Part shown: positions 56,976-64,000 of the stretch, one piece after another
Layout: the number at the start of each line of letters is the position of its first letter
Position numbering within the stretch: the first letter of the stretch is position 1
NCBI GenBank assembly: GCA_963842085.1
Contig: CAWJET010000001.1
Span: forward strand, 2,016,001 to 2,080,000
Direction of reading: 5' to 3'
Source: an uncultured delta proteobacterium
GTDB taxonomy: Bacteria > Desulfobacterota > Binatia > Binatales > Binataceae
DNA: 64,000 nucleotides
Program-made: the position numbers and the translations under genes
Notes under the pieces: model-generated
Seen by the model: only the letters and a program-made list of their open reading frames with translations
What the model was told of the DNA's origin: nothing
The model's database searches: none

Positions 56976-58081
56976 AGCTGTCAGGCCTTATCGCCGGGCC
57001 CGACGGCTCGCTTACTCGCGGGCGACTCACGTTCACTGATCGGATCACCGCGGTCGAGCCGGAATCTGTCGACGGCGACTACATCCTGCCCGGCTTCGTC
57101 GATCTTCAAGTAAACGGCTCGCACGGCATCGACGTGATGAACGCGCCGGCCGACGCACTCGCCACTTTAAGCCGCCATCTTGCGCGCGAAGGCGTTACCG
57201 CATGGATGCCGACCGCGGTCACCGCCCCCATCGAAAAGATCGCGCAGGTTCACCAGTCGATCGCTCACGCACTCGAAAATTCGCAGCGCGATAACTCCGC
57301 TGGCGCGGCCGCCATTCTCGGCATGCATCTGGAAGGTCCGTTCATTTCGCCGCTCCGCCTCGGCGCGCATCCTGCGCTCAACCTCGAGCCGTGCGGCGAC
57401 ACTTTCGAACGTGTGCTCGCGATGAACGCGCTTCGCTTGCTCACGCTCGCGCCCGAGTTGCCTGGCGGACTCGACGCGATTCGGCGCCTCGCAGCGCGCG
57501 GCGTGGTCGTCTCCATCGGCCATACCAACGCGACGCTCGACGAGGCCAACGCCGCCGTCGCCGCCGGCGCCCGGATGTTCACGCATTTGTTCAACGCGAT
57601 GCGCCCGCTGAACCATCGCGATCCCGGCGTAGTCGCCGCTGCGCTTGCGCCGTCGCCCGCATTCGCCGCGCTCATCCCCGACGGGGTCCACGTGCATCCC
57701 GCGATCCTCCGCCTTGCGTTCGGCGCTCGCGGCAGGGACGGAATGATCCTTGTCACTGACAAAGTCGCGCTGGCACAAACCTACGGCGCTGAGCAGAGTG
57801 TCGGCCGCGCTCGCGCGACGATTCGCGACGGCGTCGCGCGCCTCGACGACGGTACGCTCGCCGGCAGCATCATCTCGATGCTCGACGGCGTCCGCGTCAT
57901 GGTCGAAAAAGCCGGCGTCAGCCTTGGTGACGCGGCCGTGATGGCCGCGACCAATCCCGCTAACCTCGTCGGCGCGGGCGATCGCGGCCGCATTCAGGCC
58001 GGCGCGCGCGCCGATTTAATCGTGCTCAGCCGGGCGCTAGAGTTGAAGTCCGTGTTCATCGGTGGTCGCGAGATAAGCTAG
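56972..58081 (+). CDS. nagA: N-acetylglucosamine-6-phosphate deacetylase
   Basis: PGFVDLQVNG, HLEGPF, THLFNAM, DGVHVHP, LAGS. Confidence 0.93.
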   Translation: MKLSGLIAGPDGSLTRGRLTFTDRITAVEPESVDGDYILPGFVDLQVNGSHGIDVMNAPADALATLSRHLAREGVTAWMPTAVTAPIEKIAQVHQSIAHALENSQRDNSAGAAAILGMHLEGPFISPLRLGAHPALNLEPCGDTFERVLAMNALRLLTLAPELPGGLDAIRRLAARGVVVSIGHTNATLDEANAAVAAGARMFTHLFNAMRPLNHRDPGVVAAALAPSPAFAALIPDGVHVHPAILRLAFGARGRDGMILVTDKVALAQTYGAEQSVGRARATIRDGVARLDDGTLAGSIISMLDGVRVMVEKAGVSLGDAAVMAATNPANLVGAGDRGRIQAGARADLIVLSRALELKSVFIGGREIS

Positions 58082-58408
58082 TCGCCGAAACGCTGAAAAA
58101 TCGGGAACTGGTTCAATTTCGATGAAGGGGCTTGGGGCTGAACTTTTCGGCCTGACCCCCGGCGGACTTTCTGTGCTACTCGTACGGTATGCATCATCAT
58201 GCCCCATACTCCCCAAGCCCACCTGAAAACCGCCGAAGCCCGAAGCCCACTTGCGCAAAAACATTTTCTGACGGAACGAAGCTACCGATGGTAGAGCAGC
58301 CGTCCCAAACCCACCACATATGGTATAAACGAAACATCCCTGCTTCCGCTCTTGATCCGCGCGCGACAACGGAGCGCCGCCTTAATACTTAAAAAACGGA
58401 GTCAATCG

Positions 58409-59263
58409 ATGCCGCTGAACAAAGCCTGCGTGGGCCGCGAATTTCCTCCCGTCACGACCAGCGCCACCCTCGACGCGATCCAGAACTATGCGCGCGCGTA
58501 CAACGACGACAACCCCGCGTTCTTCGACGCGAGCCGCCCGGGCGGCATCGTCGCGCCACCGATGTTCGGCGTCACCGTCAGTTGGGACGCCGTGATGAAA
58601 GCCGTGATGGATCCCGACTTGCACGCCGACCTGCTCCGCCTCGTTCACGGCGAGCAGGACATGGAATTTCCAAACCCAATTCGCCCCGGCGACGTTATCA
58701 GCGCGACGGGTAAAATCATTTCGATCGAAACCAAGGCCACCGGCGAGACCATGACCGTCGAGCTGAACGCCGCCAACCAGAAGGGGCAGCCGGTCCAGAA
58801 AACGCTCTTCATCGCTTTTATTCGAGGCGCTCGCAACCGCGACGCCGCGGCCGCGGAACCGCGCGCCGCCGAGCCCGATCGCGATGCGCCAATCTTCTCG
58901 GTCGCGCAGACCATCGACCAGGATCAGACCTACCGCTACGCCGAGGCCTCCGGCGATCGCAACCCGATCCACGTCGATGAAAACATCGCGAAGATGGCGG
59001 GCCTGCCGGGCATCATCGTGCACGGCCTCTGCACGATGGCGTTTACGTCCAAGGTTGTGATCGACAAACTATGTGCCGGCGACCCGACCCGGCTCAAGCG
59101 CTTGCGCGTGCGCTTCTCCCGCCCCGTGCTGCCCGGCCAGACCATCACTACCAAAGTCTGGGCCGATGGCGAGCGCGACGGCCGCAAAGTTTTCGCCTAC
59201 GAGACTTTCAATCCTGACGGCCAGGCCGTTATCAAGGGCGGCATCGCGGAAGTCGCGCCCTGA
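58409..59263 (+). CDS. MaoC-type double hotdog dehydratase
   Basis: LVHGEQ; YAEASGDRNPIH; VHGLCT. Confidence 0.9.
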   Translation: MPLNKACVGREFPPVTTSATLDAIQNYARAYNDDNPAFFDASRPGGIVAPPMFGVTVSWDAVMKAVMDPDLHADLLRLVHGEQDMEFPNPIRPGDVISATGKIISIETKATGETMTVELNAANQKGQPVQKTLFIAFIRGARNRDAAAAEPRAAEPDRDAPIFSVAQTIDQDQTYRYAEASGDRNPIHVDENIAKMAGLPGIIVHGLCTMAFTSKVVIDKLCAGDPTRLKRLRVRFSRPVLPGQTITTKVWADGERDGRKVFAYETFNPDGQAVIKGGIAEVAP

Positions 59264-59267
59264 CTTT

Positions 59268-60545
59268 GTGAAAATCACCATCGGCCTCTCGCTCTCTCTC
59301 ACCGGCGAATATTCTCCGATGGGCCGGCAAGCCGAAACCGCGATCCGTCTGTTCATCGCCGACGCGAACGCCAGCAGCGCGCTGCGCGTCGCCGGCGAGC
59401 GATGTGAATTCGCCCTCGAATGCCGCGACGACGCCAGCGATCCGGTGCGATGCGCCGAAATCTATCGCTCGCTATGCGCAGATCGCCGCGCCGGCATAAT
59501 CTTTGGCCCATACTCCAATCGCCTCGCGCGCGTCGCCGCGAACATCGCCGAACAATTCGGGCGCGTTTTCGTCAACCACGGTGGCGCCGGCGACGAACTT
59601 TACGATCGCGGCTACAAGATGATCGTAGGAGTACTCAGTCCCGCGAGTGACTACTTGCGCGGTTTCGTTCGCCTGCTGACCCAGCTCAAGCTATGGCGCA
59701 AGCGCGTCGCAATCGTCGCGTCGAAGACGCCGTTCGCACGCGCGGTTGCGTCGGGCTTCGAGCGCGCCGCCGACGAACGCGCCGCTCGCCGCCGCGGAGT
59801 CCGCCTGCGTGTGAAGTGGAACGGCGCGTTCGACCCCGACTCGACGCCCGCGCGCCTTTTCCCCGCGTTGGTGCGCAACCGCGTCAATGCGCTTGCCAGC
59901 GCCGGCAGCTATGAACACGATGTCGCCGTGATGCGCGCGGTCGCAGCTTCACGTCTCAACATTCCGGTGCTCGGATGCGTGGCAGCGGGCGTGCATCGCT
60001 TCGCGTCGGACCTGGGCGAACTGGCGGAAGGAATCGTCGGCCCTTCGCAATGGGAGGATTCCCTTGAGTTCGAGCCTGCGCTCGGCCCGACGCCCGCCGA
60101 GTTTGCGCGTCGAATGCGCACGGCAGGCGCCAACCAAACCGATTCTCCCGACTATCCTGCGGCGCAGATCTACGCTGCCGGCCTGCTCACCGCCGCCGCG
60201 CTGGCTGCGGCGGGTGGTCCGGACGACGCGATGCTTCGTGCTGCATTCTCCGACTTGCGCACCACCACGATGTTCGGCGACTTCTCGATCGATCGCGTCA
60301 GCGGACGCCAGCTCGGTCACCAGATGCTGCTCGTGCAATGGCACCGCGGGCGCAAGGTCATCATCGAGCCGCAATCGCACGACGATTCGGGCGCGCTCGA
60401 TCTTCCCTCTGGCCTGCGCCTGCTCCTTGCGGGAATCGAGATGCTTCGCTTAAGTCGTCCTGACGATTCGCGCGAATCGCTCGGCGACGACGACAGCGAA
60501 TCTGACGATCCGGACCTGGATGAAGATGAGCGCAATCACGATTAG
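59268..60545 (+). CDS. Periplasmic-binding-protein type 1 fold (LivJ/LivK-like)
   Basis: IGLSLSLTG, DDASDP, IFGPYS, LLVQW. Confidence 0.8.
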   Translation: MKITIGLSLSLTGEYSPMGRQAETAIRLFIADANASSALRVAGERCEFALECRDDASDPVRCAEIYRSLCADRRAGIIFGPYSNRLARVAANIAEQFGRVFVNHGGAGDELYDRGYKMIVGVLSPASDYLRGFVRLLTQLKLWRKRVAIVASKTPFARAVASGFERAADERAARRRGVRLRVKWNGAFDPDSTPARLFPALVRNRVNALASAGSYEHDVAVMRAVAASRLNIPVLGCVAAGVHRFASDLGELAEGIVGPSQWEDSLEFEPALGPTPAEFARRMRTAGANQTDSPDYPAAQIYAAGLLTAAALAAAGGPDDAMLRAAFSDLRTTTMFGDFSIDRVSGRQLGHQMLLVQWHRGRKVIIEPQSHDDSGALDLPSGLRLLLAGIEMLRLSRPDDSRESLGDDDSESDDPDLDEDERNHD

Positions 60546-61734
60546 ACTCGAAGGCCGCAAGGTTCTCGCCATCGGCCTGATGTCCGGGACTTCGCACGAC
60601 GGCGTGAGCGCGGCTCTCGTTGAGCTCGACGAGCGCGCCCGTCCGCCCGCGCGCGTGCTCGCGTTTCAAACTTTTCCGTACCGGGCGCGCTTTCGCAAAG
60701 AACTGCTCGCCGCCTCAGCCAACGAGAAAATCGGCGCGGCGGCGATTTCGACGCTCAACTTCGCACTGGGACGCGAGCTGGGACGCGCCGCCATCGAGAT
60801 CGCCCGGCGCGCTGGTGTCGCGCTTTCCGACGTCGCCTTCATCGGATCGCACGGCCATACATTTTTTCATCTGCCGCCGCGCCGCGTTGCCCGCGGACAG
60901 GTCGCCTCCACGATGCAACTCGGCGAGCCCGCCGTTGTCGCCGCAGCCACCGGCGTTCCCGTCGTTGCCGACTTCCGCGCGATGGACCTTGCGCTCGGTG
61001 GCGAGGGCGCGCCGCTCGCCCCGCTCGCCCAACTCTGGCTGTTCGCCGACTCCATGCACGGCCGCGTCGTGCAGAACATCGGCGGCATCGGCAACGCAAC
61101 TTACATTCCGCCCCGCGCGCGCCTGGGCGACGCCGACCTCATCGCATTCGATACCGGCCCGGGTAACATGATGCTCGACGCGCTCGCTTCACGAATCTCT
61201 GGCGGCCGCCTGCGGATGGATCGCGACGGACGCATCGCGGCGCGCGGGCAGGTCAACCAGCCGCTGCTGGCCAGGCTGATGCGCAATCCCTACTTCGGAC
61301 GACGCCCGCCAAAATCGACAGGCCGCGAGGAATTCGGGACCCATCTGCTCGATCGCATCGTCGCCGACGCCCGCCGCATGAAAATCGTTGACTACGATCT
61401 GGTCGCGACCGTTACCGCCCTCACCGCGCGATCGATCGCGGATGCATGCCGCCGCTTCATCCTTCCCCGCGGTCCCGTCGATCAGTTGATCGTCACCGGC
61501 GGCGGCGCAAAAAATTCCACCTTGATGCGCATGCTCGCGGCCGAACTTCCCGAGGTCGAAGTGATCACCGCCGCAGAACTCGGCGTTGACGGCGACGCGC
61601 TCGAGGCCGTCGCATTTGCCATCCTCGGCTACCAGATGCTGCGCGGCCGCCAGGGTAATATCCCCAGTGTCACCGGTGCGCGAGCGCCCGCCATCCTCGG
61701 CAAACTAACGCTGCCCCCGCGTCCACTAGCATGA
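60526..61734 (+). CDS. anmK: Anhydro-N-acetylmuramic acid kinase
   Basis: IGLMSGTSHDG, GSHGHT, GGEGAPLAP, NIGGIGN, DTGPGN, KSTGRE. Confidence 0.95.
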   Translation: MSAITIRLEGRKVLAIGLMSGTSHDGVSAALVELDERARPPARVLAFQTFPYRARFRKELLAASANEKIGAAAISTLNFALGRELGRAAIEIARRAGVALSDVAFIGSHGHTFFHLPPRRVARGQVASTMQLGEPAVVAAATGVPVVADFRAMDLALGGEGAPLAPLAQLWLFADSMHGRVVQNIGGIGNATYIPPRARLGDADLIAFDTGPGNMMLDALASRISGGRLRMDRDGRIAARGQVNQPLLARLMRNPYFGRRPPKSTGREEFGTHLLDRIVADARRMKIVDYDLVATVTALTARSIADACRRFILPRGPVDQLIVTGGGAKNSTLMRMLAAELPEVEVITAAELGVDGDALEAVAFAILGYQMLRGRQGNIPSVTGARAPAILGKLTLPPRPLA

Positions 61735-61754
61735 TCGCGTTCGAGCGCAGCCTT

Positions 61755-61800
61755 TGTCATCCTGACCAAGCGAGCGCGAGCGGCAGGAAAGATCTCGGAC
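61755..61800 (+). repeat. REP-like intergenic element (GTCATCCTGA...GATCTC type)
   Basis: TGTCATCCTGACCAAGCGAGCGCGAGCGGCAGGAAAGATCTC between convergent genes; only one copy seen. Confidence 0.35.
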
Positions 61801-61855
61801 AGCTTCGCGCCAGCGAAGCCGGCTCCGGTTTTGAAATCGCGAAGCGGTCCTTGGA

Positions 61856-63139
61856 TCACGCGCTCCTTTTATCTTCCGGCGCCGGCACTCCCGCCTTCGC
61901 CGCCGACTCGAGTACTGCGGATCGAAAGATACCGTGCGCCATCGTCGATTCCTCGCGCTCGGCGCGCGCCGCATAGATTCTCATCCGCGCTTCATGCGCC
62001 GATTTGTCGTCCGGCGCCGCCGCCACTGCCCAGTCGGCCAGATGACACGCGAGCACGATTTCACCCGCCGCAAGTTTCTCATTCGCGCGCGCGATGATCG
62101 GCGCCACGCCGCCCGCCAGCGCCGCGATCTCCCGCGCGCGTTCGCCGTCGGTCGCGGGTTTCAGATTCGACGGCGTGCCGTCGTACCATCCGCCCTCCAG
62201 CCGCCAGATATTGCGGACGATAAACTGGGGCTCGTCGTACACGGCCTGCAGCCAGGGCTTCTCCGCAAGATTCGGCGGCGGTTTCACCGTGTGAATTATC
62301 TCGTCCAGGGATGAGCCCGCGTTCATCATCGCAACGGTCTGATCGTATAAACTTTGCAGGTAGTTCGCCGTGTCGTTCAGCACCTGGCGCACTCGAATCG
62401 CGCCGAACACCGGGTAGCCATGCCCCGGCACGAGCACTTCCGCCCCCAGCCGCGCCATCGCGCGCAGCGCCTCGGCCCATTCGCGCGCGTAGCGCTGCGC
62501 CTTCTGCGGATTGCCGGCATTGGGGGCGGCCCAGATGATCAAGTCTCCGGTGCACAGCACCTTGCGCTGCGGCATAAACACCCAGCAATGGTCGTCGGTC
62601 TCGCCGCGCGCATGATGGCATTCGAACTTGTCGTCGCCCGCAACTACATTCAACTGACTATCGAAGTAGGTATCCGGATATACATACTCAGTCGGCCACG
62701 CCGCGGGCCGGTTGAACTGCCGCGTATTGACTACTGTGTTATAGCCAGTCGTGCGCTTGTAGCGATCGAATCGCGCCGCGACCGCGCGATGCCCCACCAC
62801 ACGCGGCCGCGCGACCTTGTTCTTCTGCGCATCCGCGACGATCGCCGGCATCCCGCACGCGTGGTCGACGTGCCCGTGCGTGTAAATGGCGGTGTTCACC
62901 CGCTCCGGCGAGAACTGCCGAATCAGTTTCACCGTCGCATCCTGGTTGAAGTAGCCGCCCGTGTCGATCAACACCAGGCCCTCGCGCGTTTTGGCGGCCG
63001 TCACGTTCGCGAACCATCGGTAGAACATCACGCCGTCCGCAATTTCCTCGTACTCTCCGGTCGGCAGGAGCGGATGGCACTGGCGGGTCGTAATCGCGCC
63101 GGTGAAAATCTTTTCCGACTGGTCTCTGATAATGCCCAT
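61856..63139 (-). CDS. MBL-fold alkyl sulfatase-like hydrolase
   Basis: THGHVDH, GETDD, PNAGNP, VPGHG, GWYDGTP. Confidence 0.88.
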   Translation of the reverse strand: MGIIRDQSEKIFTGAITTRQCHPLLPTGEYEEIADGVMFYRWFANVTAAKTREGLVLIDTGGYFNQDATVKLIRQFSPERVNTAIYTHGHVDHACGMPAIVADAQKNKVARPRVVGHRAVAARFDRYKRTTGYNTVVNTRQFNRPAAWPTEYVYPDTYFDSQLNVVAGDDKFECHHARGETDDHCWVFMPQRKVLCTGDLIIWAAPNAGNPQKAQRYAREWAEALRAMARLGAEVLVPGHGYPVFGAIRVRQVLNDTANYLQSLYDQTVAMMNAGSSLDEIIHTVKPPPNLAEKPWLQAVYDEPQFIVRNIWRLEGGWYDGTPSNLKPATDGERAREIAALAGGVAPIIARANEKLAAGEIVLACHLADWAVAAAPDDKSAHEARMRIYAARAEREESTMAHGIFRSAVLESAAKAGVPAPEDKRSA

Positions 63140-63160
63140 CGCTGAATCTTCCTCGGCGAC

Positions 63161-63859
63161 TCAATCGATTCGATGCAGCTCCCCGATGTGCCGAATCTTC
63201 TCATGCTCGACCCAGGTGTAGCGCTCGTGCTGATCGACGAGCCGTGCTTCGATGCCCGCCGCGCGCGCGCCCTCGACGTCGATCGAATAGATGTCTCCGG
63301 CAAATTTCACTTCGCCGGGAGCGGCGCCCAGGCGCTCGAGCGCGATTCGAAAAATCCGCGGGTCGGGCTTGGCGACGCCGACAATGTGCGAGTCGATTAT
63401 CACGTCGAAGTAATCCGCCAGCCTGAATCGTCTGGCATCCGCCTCGACCTGCCCCTCCGCATTGGACACGATCGCGAGCTTGTAGCCGGCGGACTTGAAT
63501 GCCTCCAGCGCCTCGAACGTGCCCGGCCGCACGACGCGCCAGAGCGTGGCCTCGCGATGTATCGCGCTGAACCTCGCCGCGCATTCGCGGAATTCCTCTT
63601 CTGGAATTCCCGCCGCCGCCATCCAGCCGCGAAAAAAATGCTCGTAAGCCGCACTGGTGGCTTGCCTGTTCCCCTCGCTCATCAGGTGTCGATCGATCGC
63701 CGCGCGCCCCGCGTATTCGGCATGTTCGAGCGCGAGCGCGTCGAGCTTGCGCCCTTCGCGCGAGAATTCGCGCGCGAGCAATTCGAAGTCCAGGAACGCC
63801 AGCGTGCCGCCAAAGTCGAAGAGCAGCGCCTTGAGGTTTTCCCTCTTCTTCGGGCTCAT
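63161..63859 (-). CDS. HAD-superfamily hydrolase
   Basis: FDFGGTL, VSN, KPDPRIF, GDIYSID. Confidence 0.9.
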   Translation of the reverse strand: MSPKKRENLKALLFDFGGTLAFLDFELLAREFSREGRKLDALALEHAEYAGRAAIDRHLMSEGNRQATSAAYEHFFRGWMAAAGIPEEEFRECAARFSAIHREATLWRVVRPGTFEALEAFKSAGYKLAIVSNAEGQVEADARRFRLADYFDVIIDSHIVGVAKPDPRIFRIALERLGAAPGEVKFAGDIYSIDVEGARAAGIEARLVDQHERYTWVEHEKIRHIGELHRID

Positions 63860-63927
63860 TCCGCTAAAGCTTAGCAGGAACCGTCGCCACCGGCGCGGGC
63901 TATCACACGAGTAACGATGGATTGTGG

Positions 63928-64000
63928 TCAGCCGGTGTAGGTCGCGATGTACCAGATGTTGCCGAAGGAGTCCTTCACGCCGGCGGCGCGCTCCTGGTAG
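63928..64000 (-). CDS. VOC/glyoxalase-family protein, C-terminal fragment
   Basis: Manual translation YQERAAGVKDSFGNIWYIATYTG*. Confidence 0.7.
   Translation of the reverse strand, partial: YQERAAGVKDSFGNIWYIATYTG

Noticed and set aside
56971-56978. ATTGAAGC repeat-handle 8-mer at the nagA start
   Set aside because: Isolated 8-mer in a coding junction with no other repeat similarity.

Overview
High-GC bacterial chromosomal window. Housekeeping and metabolic genes flank a ~28.3 kb integrative mobilizable element. These include pcnB, bacterioferritin, a diheme peroxidase cluster, TetR-RND efflux, MsrPQ-like genes, rlmD, NAD-GDH, nagA and anmK. The element is inserted at tRNA-Val(CAC), with a 57-bp att duplication at 16819-16875 and 45088-45144. 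It encodes a tyrosine integrase and excisionase, an ImmA/ImmR-like switch, a MOBF relaxase with coupling protein and RHH accessory, and only two remnant mating-pair genes. Its cargo is a complete type I-G CRISPR-Cas system (82 repeats and 81 spacers, counted by eye), a Dam-like methylase/PD-(D/E)XK nuclease pair and an AbiE toxin-antitoxin. The I-G system has several unusual traits: a solitary degenerate repeat just upstream of cas3, a Csb2 with two Cas6-like modules, a Cys-rich insertion in Cas7 and a 16-nt first spacer. Separately, an IS1595-family element with passenger genes sits in a perfect palindrome directly upstream of a Phd/ParE-type TA pair whose toxin looks inactivated. All family assignments come from motif recognition by eye; no database searches were run.
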